A DNA stretch of 64,000 nt. Source: Mytilus trossulus (lineage: Eukaryota). The DNA lies in contig NC_086376.1 in the NCBI RefSeq assembly GCF_036588685.1, forward strand, positions 11,160,001 to 11,224,000. The letters are read 5' to 3'. Position numbers and translations under genes: made by a program. Shown in pieces: positions 1 to 13,422 of this stretch. The notes below the pieces were generated by a model. It was given only the letters and a program-made list of their open reading frames with translations, did not search any database and was not told the origin of the DNA. The stretch's first letter is position 1. Each line of letters opens with the position of its first letter.

Positions 1-193
1 AAAATGTGGGATATGCATATTCAAGTGAATAATAAATATCTCAAATGATTTTTGACTACAATAACTTTAATTTACATTTCCCCAACGTAAAAAGTGTAAA
101 ATGCATATTTACCTGCATTAAACCTATACAGTCATGCAAGGGATGTGTGTTTACTTTCAGGCTAGTATAATCATTCTCTTAGTTACATATACT

Positions 194-257
194 ATAAGGG
201 CTTCAATTCGATGTTCTTGTTAGGAGCTAACAAGAACATCGAATTGAAAGCACTTAT
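194..257. repeat. Inverted repeat / hairpin (22-bp perfect arms, 3-nt loop), possibly a collapsed MITE
   Basis: 202-223 TTCAATTCGATGTTCTTGTTAG is the exact reverse complement of 227-248; loop GAG. Arms extend imperfectly to 194 (ATAAGGGC) and 257 (AGCACTTAT). Confidence 0.9.
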
Positions 258-1830
258 GCTCACGAACACTTTTTATGACCAAGGTGACCTTTTGTTTTGG
301 AAAAATTCTGCTCGAACCAACATATCATATTTTCAATGACATTCCATATCTCCCTACCTTTCACCCTGAATATGTTGTTGAAATATCCGCTGCTGGACGT
401 TAAATGAACGGCAATCAATCAATTACGCTGTTTGTGTATTTGATTAATACATTAATAATCAATGAGGACGAGGAACGGGAAATTATAATGAAACTCGAGT
501 TTCTTTTGATCTCAGTCGTACAATTTTTCCCGGCTGAAACTTGGGGTTTTAAGGTAAGAAAAACCTATTTTAAATTTGTTTATAGGTCAGATTTTACGTA
601 AACGTGATAAACTTGTGTTACATGTATAATTACAAACCAAGCTCAAAGACCGAATGGATATGCAACGAATTTCCCTAAACGATATAAAACATCATGTGCA
701 CTACAATTGTTTAACTTTATTTGATTTTCGCGGATTGCATTGTCTGCACTTCGACAATTCAATGTATTTATAGGTTTTGTTTGGAACTTTGATTCATCGA
801 TGTAAAGTACATCTTTTCCCTTTACTTATCTATGAATTGTTCGTGTAAACAATAGCCAAGGACACATTCCCATATTTGTGTTGTTCTCACAAGGTCAAAA
901 TCGGAAAGTACTAGTAAAAGGAATTGTGAAGAGGATATTTAATAGAAGTATAATTATTAAAACATTTCAAAGTTTACAGATATTCATATAATCAAATTTT
1001 TCTTCGATTGCTTTTGAATACAAAACTTGTTCAATATTGCACATGTTATACATTTTATGTAAACGTTTGCCTAGAATGATCTGGAACTAAATGAATTGCT
1101 GGCCTTTCGTTCGAACTTTGTTTTTGTCTGGAAGTTCCTTTTAAACATTTGCAAAATTTGATAAAATCTTGAAATTTTGTAATTTTTAAGTATTCATAAT
1201 TTAGGACATAACATTATTTTCTTCTAATAGTACAAATCAGGCTGTTACACAATGAATTATATTATGGAAATTATTGCCCTGAATTGGCCCTGATTTGAAC
1301 TTAAAAAAATAGAAATTTGGCTCTAGCTTTTTCCGAAAAAGCATGTCCTTATATATATATATACAATTATTCAGATTAAAAAAATGAAGTGAAAGTATAT
1401 TCAGCGATTCATCAACAAACAAACAAAAAACCCAACTGTTCACAATATATATGTACATGGTAAACAATCTGCATACAATCATTATCATATGCAAAAAAGA
1501 TACCCAATAAACAAATTGAAGGTACCTCGTAGATAAATTCAGAGTCATATATCACAGGACTCGGAAAGGATAGTAAAAGCAAAGTTATCTGGTTTAAACA
1601 GGGTCTATCAATGGGTCAAGTTTACGTTACAGTACAGTGACCGAATTGTTAAATCTGGCCACTAACAGAACATGGCAAGGACATGTGATCGTCTTAAAAA
1701 ATACTACCTGGTCCATTGAAGATCAAATATTGGTCACGTGAAAACAGGTAAAAATATATACAAATACATTGGTATACCTTTACGTCAGGTATAATCGACA
1801 TACTATACATGTGTATTGCATGAAGGAATT

Positions 1831-4800
1831 ATGATTTATCAAATATTAAATGAAAATGAAGTTGTGGAATTAGAAAAAGAACTGAAGAAAACATTACCAG
1901 GTACAGCAAAGGTAAGCAATCGGTATAATACAGAATTTTAAAAGTTTTTATATTTTCTCTATTACATGTTTGATTCAATTCATGTAGTCGGTTTAAAGAT
2001 ATGCATTGCCTTATATAGAAATATCAACAAACATTTCCTACTTATTATACTAACATAGTATTTTTAAGATTAATTTAATTTTACTAACTAGTTATAGATA
2101 TAGATGTGGTATGAGTGCCAATGAGACAAATCTCCACCCAAGTCACAATTTATAAAAATAAATTAAACAAAACATAAATCATGCATGTTGATATTAAAAA
2201 AAAAAGATCTGTTAATCAATTGATTCTTCCATTTAACTGCTACCATTGTTATAACGCTACGTATTTTCCAGCCCAATTCATTCATTAAGTTATTATTTTG
2301 GTTTAACGAACCACCCAGCTGTATTTGGTTATTTTAAATATTGTTTCAATATTCCTGATATTGCGGTGCACTAGTGACAATACCTCTGGAGACGCAATCT
2401 AAAATCTAGATTAGAACTTGGTGTTGAGAAATTTGTAACTTTTACCTGGACTGGGCTGTTTATATTGATAAGCAAAAGGGGGAGTTAGTTTGTACGGGTG
2501 TAAAACTGTTTTAAACTTACACTATGCCTATATCAAGTTAGGATATTTAGACCATGTATTTTGTTACTGGTCGTTTGTTTGTATTTATAGGTTATCGGCT
2601 GAGTCAGGTGGTTTGTATAGTCAATGAAAATACTGTCAAATTTTCTTAATATTTGGTAATTATAAAATGTGTAACATGACAAAAAAATATGTATTATAGT
2701 TGACCTGGAGAAATATATACATAGCTTGCAGACGTTATGTTACACATGTAACTGGTTATAACCTACAAACAGCCTTCAAGATTATAATTGATGTGACTTA
2801 TTAGGTTTTAAAATTTAATAATTTAAATAGTATAACATTATGCAACAATTAAAAATGAAAGTCACCGTCTTAACGGAGAAGGTCATTTAAAAAATAAAGA
2901 ATAATAGTTAGAGCAAGGCTTTCTTGACACTATATTATAGGATTCTGAATATTTTGTTTTGTCCTTGAAATTTTGGTTCGTTATTTGGAAAAGAAGACCA
3001 GGTTCTTTTATTTTTTTATTCGATTGATTTTGAAATTCTTTTTTCAAATACGAAGAGAAATAAACGGTTTTAGAATTAAATAAAACAAAACGTGTTTGAT
3101 GCTTATACATTTGTATATGTTGATATTAAAATGAGAGAAAAAAGAGAGAGAGCAAAAAAGACCAACCACACATGATGCCGATACGACTTATTTTCCATTT
3201 TGCTCTCTATTAAAGAATACCCAAGTTATTCAATAAAAAAAAATAGTATGCAGCCGGATGTTAACTTGATTTAAATTTAAGAACTTTAAAATATTTAACA
3301 CATACGCTGTGTTTAACATTTTATTCAGTAGTAGTCGTTTTATGATTTTTATCGAATATATAGTGTGATGGTTGGACTCTGTAAGGGCTATTTGATTATC
3401 TGTGTATAGTGAACGTTGCGAACAATATAGGCCAAAACAGCAACGTTTAAAAATCTCATTACATAACTATGTAATATCAAACACTGAAAAGTAGTCACCA
3501 TCACATTCAATGCTTACTTTAAGCCATCAGAATTAAACATAAAATAATGTTCTAATTTTGGTTCTACGCATTGCAATAGTCGGTTCTATAACATGGCATT
3601 TTTTTGCCAAACACGACTGTTTGTGAAGTGAAGTCTTAAAATTAACCATTCAAGTTCAAGTTCAGAATTTTTGTGTGATCTATTGGACACATACAGTGTT
3701 ACAAATAGAATTCAATAGATATATTCATACTGTAATAATAAAGTTTTCGCGGGCTAATAAAGATTTTGAAGTACTTTTGCAAGTTCTCAGACATCATTGT
3801 AAAAACCTTTGAATCAGAAAATCAATATTTAAGTACTAAGGATTCTACATAACGGGGTGAATATTTCAATATCTGTTTGTTTTAGGTCAGGTTTATCTAC
3901 AGTGTTCTCGATTCTGGATTAATTTACTTTATGACATGTGTTCGAAAAGTAGGACGATTTCCACAATTGTAAATTATGTTATCAATTTGTTTCAAGATGA
4001 ATTACAATTGTAATAAATTAGAAAAATTAAAGGAATAAAGTTTGTGGTACATGTGATTATTTGAACATACATATATTTGATTCATTATTTCATGTTTAAT
4101 AATATTCAGATTTTTACCTATTGGTCATCAAGATCACATTTTCCTTTTCACATTTAAAATTCTGAATTTTGTAATGTTAGTTATAACCAAAATAACTCAC
4201 CATGAATAATAAGGGTTACAAGGAACCAATGCAAATCAACTGGCAAAAAACATAATACAACCATTTTTCTTCTGTAATATGCAAGACAGCAGCAGACCGA
4301 TGTTCGTAAATCCATTAAAAAAAAACCCACAGCTACAAGCCGGTGAATGGAATTAAAATATGTTAAGGAATCAAACTATGAATTATAAACGAAATGAGAC
4401 CCGTTGCACATCGACAGAGTTAGCGATTCTCGCCAACGATTCATCACTTATTCAGGCTTATTAAAATTGATAGGATCAGTAATATGAAACAATTGATAAA
4501 TGTGTAAGTAGTAACAACAATACAAATACAAGAAACATTCAACATTCTTAGTTTATTAATTTGAGGACAAAACTTATGGCTTTTTGGTCGTGTTTTTTTA
4601 TGTCCTGATGTTTTTTGCCCTACGTTAACTGTGGCAGTGTCTGTCTGCGATTAATTCAATCGTTCTAAATCATAACCCAGCTAAGTCGGGTCCATCATTG
4701 AAAGCCCATCTTGCGTTAGGATAAAACATCTGTTAATGAAAAAGAGTGTCAATGAATTCAATATAAATCAATTCTGATACTTGCACTTGTGCAGACATTG

Positions 4801-7800
4801 AAAAGTGTTACAGCATTTCAATAGCGTATTACGTCATCAGTAGATAAGAAGATTTCCGTATTTGTATTCCTTTGATGACATAATTAATGTACACAACAGG
4901 TAACAGCTAGGTGCATTTTATAAATTTAGTTTCTATTTGCATGGATCAATTTGTTACACAAGTATATCTACAGTCTTTTTTGTGCCAAATGTATCAAGAT
5001 ACAGTTTCAATATTTGATTTGGAAGCCCAGAATATATATATGTTAAAACAATATTTACACCATACCTATTTACAACCATTGAAACTTGTAAATAAACAGA
5101 ACAAAACTACGAAATTAAATATTTCATCGACGTATATAGATCGTCATTGGTTCATTGTGTGTACCTAAATCGTTAATGCTTAATAATATAAAGTGTTCAA
5201 CAAATATAATAATGTTTGTTTCTTCTATGTTATAAACTTCATAGTGCTTTATAAGGGTCAAGTTTGCGTCCGATTTTCGGAGGAGGAAATTGTCAAGAAA
5301 TAGAGATTTGAGTTCCTTTGTCGTTTTGGGTATAGCGTGTGTTATTAAAAATGCATTATGCGGTCAAAAATAAATATTGTTTAGAGTCCATCTCGCGAAA
5401 GATTTTTTTTTCATTCTTTGGTTTCCTATTAATTGAATTGCTTTAGAAACGCGAATAAGGGAAGACACAGTCCAAATTTTAATCGATGCATTGCTGTCTT
5501 TGTGTTTGGAGAAATACAACAAAATTGTTTTTAATTTTTCTGAAGCCGTACATGTTACAAAACCTCTCAATGAAAAGCAATTTTTTTTTTATCTTAACGG
5601 CATGATGACACTGCTAAAATATCAGCATGAAACTAGTATATACACCATACATAGTCCTACATACGATTATCCATTTAAACATAAGTTATTCCTAACTGAT
5701 TTTAACAGTTTGGTATCTTTTCATTTTCTTTTTTTCTTTTTTTTCAGATTTATTACGTTATAAGAAGTTTTGTCAATGGTAATTTGCAAGGTTATGAAGT
5801 ACTGGTAGACAACTGGCCATCGTGGTCATGTATTATACTTCGGCCACATTCAGAAAAACAGGTACATACTATATCCTTACAATACAATGTCGAAACACTG
5901 TTATTATTGTTCGAGAGTACAGTTAAATTTATATTTTGTACAAGAAAGCAAAATAGTAAATTTTCGCCAATAGACCTCAACTGTTTTCCCTTTCAACGGA
6001 ATATTCCAAATGAAAAACCGTTATTCTTTGACTTTTCAGAAGGTATTTACATATCAGCGCAGAAGGTGTTAATTTTATAGAATAATGTATGGATATTGTC
6101 GAACCTGGCACTTAAACACACGCATGTTGAAAGGATGCTCTGTCGCGTGCTGGATGTATACATACGCTGCTACGTCCGTTTAGAATGGGGTAGATAAAAC
6201 CGATTGCTTACATGTATGGATTGTGTAACGCTATTTAAAAGTTAATGTACCATTGCATCAATTATTTGGGGGCCTGTATGTGGCTTGTTTCAATGCAACT
6301 TGTTTTATCTTATCCACCAAGTTTTCTAGGCGTAGTTCATGTAATATATGATATATTGGTAATTTGTTCTCACAAGGAAACAACAATCATTTAAACAAAT
6401 TGAATGCTGAGCTACCTAAATGGAGGATTTCGATGCAAATATTTCTAGACGTCGAATGTACATGTTATGCATAAGAATCTTTGTCCCTTCACATTAAGAA
6501 AAGGCTGATTGGAGGATACAAGATGATTTATATTTGAGTTTAAAGATTTATGACGAATACAATAAGTGAACTTCAGGGCTGACTACTAAAGGACAGTATA
6601 TTCACTGACCTTGAAAAATAACTTAAATATAGAAGGCAAATACATGTTGCTGTCACCAACCTTATAGAAACAGGGGAAGTGACAATGTTTTCTCTGTTTG
6701 TCTCATCCTCCACCAACCTTATAGAAACAGGGGAAGTGACAATGTTTTCTCTGTTTGTCTCATCCTCCACCAACCTTATAGAAACAGGGGAAGTGACAAT
6801 GTTTTCTCTGTTTGTCTCATCCTCCACCAACCTTATAGAAACAGGGGAAGTGACAATGTGTTCTCTGTTTGTCTCATCCTCCACCAACCTTATAGAAACA
6901 GGGGAAGTGACAATGTTTTCTCTGTTTGTCTCATCCTCCACCAACCTTATAGAAACAGGGGAAGTGACAATGTTTTCTCTGTTTGTCTCATCCTCCACCA
7001 ACCTTATAGAAACAGGGGAAGTGACAATGTTTTCTCTGTTTGTCTCATCCTTCACCAACCTTATAGAAACAGGGGAAGTGACAATGTTTTCTCTGTTTGT
7101 CTCATCCTCCACCAACCTTATAGAAACAGGGGAAGTGACAATGTTTTCTCTGTTTGTCTCATCCTCCACCAACCTTATAGAAACAGGGGAAGTGACAATG
7201 TTTTCTCTGTTTGTCTCATCCTCCACCAACCTTATAGAAACAGGGGAAGTGACAATGTTTTCTCTGTTTGTCTCATCCTCCACCAACCTTATAGAAACAG
7301 GGGAAGTGACAATGTTTTCTCTGTTTGTCTCATCCTCCACCAACCTTATAGAAACAGGGGAAGTGACAATGTTTTCTCTGTTTGTCTCATCCTCCACCAA
7401 CCTTATAGAAACAGGGGAAGTGACAATGTTTTCTGTTTGTCTCATCCTCCACCAACCTTATAGAAACAGGGGAAGTGACAATGTTTTCTGTTTGTCTCAT
7501 CCTCCACCAACCTTATAGAAACAGGGGAAGTGACAATGTTTTCTCTGTTTGTCTCATCCTCCACCAACCTTATAGAAACAGGGGAAGTGACAATGTTTTC
7601 TGTTTGTCTCATCCTCCACCAACCTTATAGAAACAGGGGAAGTGACAATGTTTTCTCTGTTTGTCTCATCCTCCACCAACCTTATAGAAACAGGGGAAGT
7701 GACAATGTTTTCTGTTTGTCTCATCCTCCACCAACCTTATAGAAACAGGGGAAGTGACAATGTTTTCTGTTTGTCTCATCCTCCACCAACCTTATAGAAA

Positions 7801-10800
7801 CAGGGGAAGTGACAATGTTTTCTGTTTGTCTCATCCTCCACCAACCTTATAGAAACAGGGGAAGTGACAATGTTTTCTCTGTTTGTCTCATCCTCCACCA
7901 ACCTTATAGAAACAGGGGAAGTGACAATGTTTTCTGTTTGTCTCATCCTTCCATTAATTAATTATTCCTCATTATTTCAATGTCAATACAACTAAACGTT
8001 TGTTTTGAGGTACATACATCGTTTTAGGTTTTCGTATGTATACATACAAATAGTACCGTATATCTTTAAACCGTGATCCACATAATATACAAAATGATAG
8101 TATTCAATGAATTTAGGTCACACTGATTAAAGGACAAGGAATTTGTGTCCTTTAAATTCACAAATGTAAACACATTTAAAAATGATTTGTTACTCGATAT
8201 CGAAACCAATATACTAATGTAGATATACGTAATTTAGTTGAGTTCAAATAATTATATAAATAGACTTGTGTAACCAAAGAAGGAAAAGACTTCTTATCTA
8301 ATACGGTTTTTTTTGTTCCAAAAAGTTGATATAGAAAAAGAAAATGTGGTATGATTGACAAATTTCAACCAGATAACAAAAAAAACCAATGTAAATAACC
8401 ATACATATAACCATCAACAATGAACAAAACCTGCTTTACAGTGAGTTTGAATTTCTCTTTTTTTCTGAAAAATTAATCAGTAATATTTAAGAGAAATGAT
8501 ATTTATTGCTAATTGAATAACTTTTAAAAACGGATAAAAATAAAATAAACAAGAAATCAAATGTTTTACATCTAAGCCATATCATACCAAAAGGTACGAT
8601 TCTAAATGTAAACCAATGAAACAACGAGACATCGAGACAACGAGCGACTTTATTTACAGTAAAACAATTAAACATGGCCATTAGAGTTAATCTTCTGTCC
8701 TGGATGGTCACATAAACAATGCCTCCACCCCTTTGAAAGTACATGTTCAAAATTGTATCAATGAGTGTGAATTCCTCTCTACATATGTTCCTCATTCATG
8801 CAATGGCGACCAATTGGTAAATATCGAGGCATTGGCGACCATAAGTTCTCATTGAAATAATACGGAATAATTTGAGATGCCTTTTTTGGATAAATGTTAT
8901 AAATGTTATATAACGCCCTGAATAGCTTTCAAACAACCCAAGTAAGTATCGTTTTATCTTTGATTGCACCAAGAACACCGATTTGTGGAAGAGTGGATGT
9001 TTTACTTCAGAAAGCAAAATTGTAATTAAAAAAAATATTTACATTTCACCTTTTCTCATCTTTTCAGGTACCTAGATATTTTAGTCATACTTATATGTGT
9101 CATTCGAAAAGTGTAACAGCGTTGAAATACTTCATTCAGAGACCAGGAGTTATAAACTGGGAGGAACCCGTTACTTTTACAGGTATGGTATTCACTATGA
9201 TAAACTAGTCTTTCACAATATATGCTTACTTATATGTTATTATCTGAGAGAAATCTGTCAAATTTGCAGGTATGTTATTAAATTACGGACTGCCATCACA
9301 TTCAACATTAATCAAATAGGTTTTTTTTCTTAATACTTTAGACGCAATATCTGCACAATATCTCCCATTTTATGCCAACAAAATAAATTTCGATGTAAAT
9401 TTCTGTTTGTTATAAACATTATTTTTAAAGATTTTTATAAAAGAATTTCGAACGTCAAGCGTACTATATAACATGCGTATACAAAGGAAAGAAAAAACAA
9501 CAAAAAGAGTACTAATTTCGTATACACGCATCTGTTTTTTTTTAAAAGACCTTCTTTCTGCTGGGTGTTGTTAACGACCTTGACTGGCTGATAATCCATT
9601 GCACGGTCTTTCTTACTATTTTTGATGTTTGTTGATATGAACTTCCCGGAGGATTTGTGTGTGTGTTTGTTTGCGGTACGGACTTATGAACATGAAAGGC
9701 CGGTGTTTTAAGAGTGCGTTTGAATAGTTTTACACTAGTAATTTTTGGGGCCTTTTATAGCTTGCTGTTCGGTGTGAGCCAATGCTCCGTGTTGAAGGCC
9801 GTACCTTGACCTATAATGATTTACTTTAATTTCTTGTTACTTGGATGAAGAGTTGTCTCATTGGCACGTATACACCATCTTCCTAGCAAATGCTATCAAA
9901 AACCTATACCGTCTTTCCTTCAATACTTACTTCTCACTTCTATAAATATCGATCTAACTAGTTTATCTCTACTTGTAAGTTTTGATTGTCACCCTGCTAT
10001 ATCGGAACCCTCTCTGTTTGACAAAAAAATTACACTGGACGTCAAATAAACAGAACCAGACATTACTATAGTTTCTTAAATATATTTCAGGTGTACCAAA
10101 TGATATTATACCTGTTATCACAGAACTGAGTCGAAAACATGGCGCCACTGTATCATCTAAGGAATCCAGATTTATGTATTGTTGGACCAAACCAGAACCC
10201 CCTCCTCTACCTCAGTAAGATATTCGATATGATGTGATGTAATGTAAACTTACCGTGGCAATAACGAGGGTTCAAACTATTCGTTGATAATTTTTCTTAT
10301 AACTTTACTTATACCTGGGAACAGTATATATATGTTCCTACTTATACACAACATTGATTGATTGATTCAACGCCACTTTCAGTACTATTGTGCTATTTCG
10401 TGGCGGTCAGTTTTTATAGGTGACGGAAGCCGGAGTGCTTACACACAAGAACTTTGTTTTTATGAATTTAAACAACTAAAATAGCTTGAATTTAAACCTG
10501 ATACAAGAACTTTTATTATAAAATATATACCACCTATTCCCCATTTTAGATCCTACTTGGCCTAAATGTGAATAATAAAAGTACAAGATACTATGCTGAC
10601 AACTTTGTCAACAAAAACTAAAAATTTCCATAACATCAATTCGTTATAACCAACATTGCTGTGTTAGATAAATTGATACAAAATTACAAGTTTGGCATGT
10701 TTTGTTAATTTGTGCATGAAAAAAAAACTATTCAACCAAAAGAAAAATAATTCTGAAAAAGTCAAAAGATAGCTTCAATTTCAATAGATTTTGGTTTTGC

Positions 10801-11774
10801 CCTTTTACTTTTGTCTTGGTTTTAATCTAAAGTTAAATCTGTAAAAATTGACGTTTCAAATAAACTCATCGTAGATACTGGTACCAGGATAAACATTTTG
10901 TATTTTGTTTCGTTCATACAAAAGACTCACTAGTGACGCTTAAATAAAAAAAGTTAAAAAGGCCTAATAATGTACGAAGTTAAAGAGCCTTGAGAATCAA
11001 AATTCCTAATACTTTTGCCAAATATATTCGTGATGTCTTAAGTCGTTTATTGATTGGTAAAAAACAAATTGATAAAGAGCCGTAATTTTGTCAGAATTAC
11101 AAAATTAAATGATACTGGTTTAAACATAAATTCAACACAAACTGACCCTACCTCATAATTGAACTATTATGTTTATAAATTGAATAAATCTAAGAAATTC
11201 TTAATATACACAAACGATTCCAGCCACACTATATTAATTATTTTAATATTTTAGAATACCAGATGATATATGTCTAGGAACATTAGAACAAAAACACGTA
11301 GAAACAATGAAGGAGGACTGGGAATCTACACGATACAGGGAAGGTTTAGAGGGATATTTCTCTGGTGTTGTACAAAACTTTGACAGTAGTTGTGTAACTG
11401 ATAAAGAAGGGAATCTCTTAGCCTATATATGTATGCAATATAATGGCGCCATGGCTATGTTGTATATAAGACCAGAATACAGACAGTGTGGATATTTTAA
11501 TATACTTCTTAGTGACCTTACTCGCAAACGCCTCGCAAAAACAGAAGTGGCGTATGCATTCATTCCTGTTCAAGATACGCAACTCATAAAACTAGCTCGG
11601 GAATTTGGATTTGAATGGGTGCCAGAAGGAAATATGACTTGGATTAGATACAATCCTCCAGCTCAACCAAACCGTCTTTCAAATGTTACCAAATCCGTAG
11701 AAGCCAAATCTAGCAACTTGGAGGATTGTTTGAATCATTTTAAAATCAACGCCATTCCTCTAACTACTTTGTGA
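1831..11774 (+). CDS. Glycine N-acyltransferase-like (GLYATL-type GNAT) protein, 5 coding exons, 317 aa
   Basis: Exons 1831-1911 (MIYQILNENEVVELEKELKKTLPGTAK), 5748-5861 (IYYVIRSFVNGNLQGYEVLVDNWPSWSCIILRPHSEKQ), 9068-9182 (VPRYFSHTYMCHSKS...PGVINWEEPVTFT), 10091-10214, 11255-11774. All introns GT..AG with consistent phases (0,0,1,2); total 954 nt. LVDxWP, INW and the C-terminal MAMLYIRPEYRQCGY..FGF match the GLYAT N-terminal domain plus GNAT acetyl-CoA motif A as I recall them. Confidence 0.88.
6654..7950. repeat. Intronic minisatellite, 23 units of 57/55 bp
   Basis: Unit CACCAACCTTATAGAAACAGGGGAAGTGACAATGTTTTCT(CT)GTTTGTCTCATCCTC. Units start at 6654, 6711 ... 7896: 16 of 57 bp and 7 of 55 bp. 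Lies in intron 2 of the GLYATL-like gene. Confidence 0.97.
10355..10438 (-). mobile_element. SINE 3' fragment (V-domain/bivalve SINE-like) with (CAAT)n tail
   Basis: Minus strand reads GCACTCCGGCTTCCGTCACCTATAAAAACTGACCGCCACGAAATAG...GAAAGTGGCGTTGAATCAATCAATCAAT. It resembles the GGTACTCCGGTTTCCTCC V-SINE core plus a tetranucleotide tail (recalled consensus, not searched). Confidence 0.5.
10860..11022 (-). mobile_element. Degenerate retrozyme (hammerhead repeat) copy in GLYATL-like intron 4
   Basis: Aligns by eye with 19345-19505 (AAACTCATC.TAGATAC..., CAAAAGACTCA..AGTGACGCT, AAAAGTTAAAAAGGCC.AATAA.GTACGAAGTT). Ribozyme core is mutated. Confidence 0.75.
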
Positions 11775-12883
11775 TAACAACACGGAATCGTTGTAGGCAC
11801 AGTTAGTATGGATAAGGAGAATAACAAAAATCAAATCATTTTCAATTCATAAAAAAAGAAAAATCCTAGCTATGCATCTACAGAAGAGTTTCTAGTTTTG
11901 AATTCATCATACAGCATATATTTATTGCAAAATCAAATGACTCGCTATAAACTTGGATAAACAAGCTAATCATTTTGGTTTTTATTTGTTATTGTTTATT
12001 GTTGTTATTTATTTCCATATCGTGTTCATTGTTACTTACAAATAAAGTAATCATAAGTTGTAATAACTTAAATAAATTAAAAAGATGGTGCATAGATGAT
12101 CACGAGGGACAAAATGTTCATATACAGTACATTTTTTCTCTCTCGGAAAGATGATATGGGTGCATTATCTTTGTATCTTTTCAAAAAAAAAGATGTGGTA
12201 TATGCACAGTACATTTATTCGGACTGATAATATGGGTGTATTAGATTTTACTATTGATTTGAAATGAAAAAAAGTGGATGATTTACATTTATTTATTACA
12301 TATTTTCGTGTAGAAAAAAAATAGTCGTTGTTTTAACTCTTGATATACACTACCAATCTTGATTAAATATGATACATACAGTACAATTATTATTCAAATG
12401 AAAAGAAACATAGCGTGGATGATTTTCTTGTACAAAAAAAAAGATTTTATTATTATAAGGCCTTCTTAGTTTATATATTATGTATACAGTTTTGTAGTAA
12501 TGTTATTAGGCAACGCTATATAATGGTTCTACTATGAAATATGCAAAACAATTAGGGTAAGAAAACTGAGTATTTCATAAGGTAAGAATTCGATGAAACT
12601 TTATCATTTTGCCTGTACCGACCCATTTGTTCTATCTTTAGTCATTGTGACTTTTTGAATATACATTAAAGACCTATTGGTGGCCTTCGGTTGTTTTCGG
12701 ATCTATGGTCGGGTAATTGTCTCTTTGACACATTCCTCGTTTCCATTCTCAATTTTTTTTAATGTTTTTAAAAATTCAAAATTTTGGACTCTTATAATAC
12801 ATGACATGATTTTTTTGTACAGATTACAATACTATTTTATACTACAACAACATGTTTTATCAAAATGCAAATACATATAGTTA

Positions 12884-13422
12884 AAATTGAAAGAGTACCC
12901 TTACTACATGAATAGTGGACAATCTGTTGGTAACTTGTATCCTTCGGTTGCTGTTTCTTTGGCATTTGTATAACATCTTATTGTATTACCAACGTTAAGT
13001 CAAAATCCCAAGTATTTGATAAATTTTACAAAACGTTCTTGGTTAATAGATATGTTATATTTCCTATTTTGCAAAATGCTGTTATAGATATATTTTGAAA
13101 TTTCCAATTGGCAAAATAGGAAATATAACAGAAATAGGAAAATGTTCAAAATGTTGAAATTTATCAGTCACCGTATTAAAGGTACGAACCATTAATCCCT
13201 TATCTTACCTGGTATGAATTTTGGGATATGAATTACTGTACTTTTTCAAACTACTATAACATTAATATCTTACGTCTTATAGAAATGCACATGTAAAAAT
13301 TGAAAATTGAAAAGGTACCCTTACTTCATATATAGTGGGAAATCTGTTGGAAATTTACATCTAATTATACTACCAATGTTTAAATTCAATATTTTAAATC
13401 CCAAGTATTGAATAAAGTTTAC
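12884..13422. repeat. Diverged local direct repeat pair (about 12884-13032 and 13304-13422)
   Basis: AAAATTGAAA.AG.TACCCTTACT.CAT..ATAGTGG..AATCTGTTGG ... AATCCCAAGTATT..ATAAA.TTTACAAA occurs twice, about 420 bp apart. Confidence 0.75.

Noticed and set aside
404-601. 65-aa ORF or upstream coding exon of the GLYATL-like gene
   Set aside because: It starts in a SINE-like (CAAT)n tail and has no homology cues. At most a 5' UTR exon ending at the 553/554 donor, which is unsupported without transcripts.
6573-7742. Long repetitive ORFs (290, 279, 201, 70 aa) on both strands
   Set aside because: By-product of a 57-bp (multiple of 3) minisatellite in an intron; the 55-bp units break the frames and there is no gene context.
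6654-7950. CRISPR-like array
   Set aside because: Units are head-to-tail with no unique spacers; eukaryotic intron.
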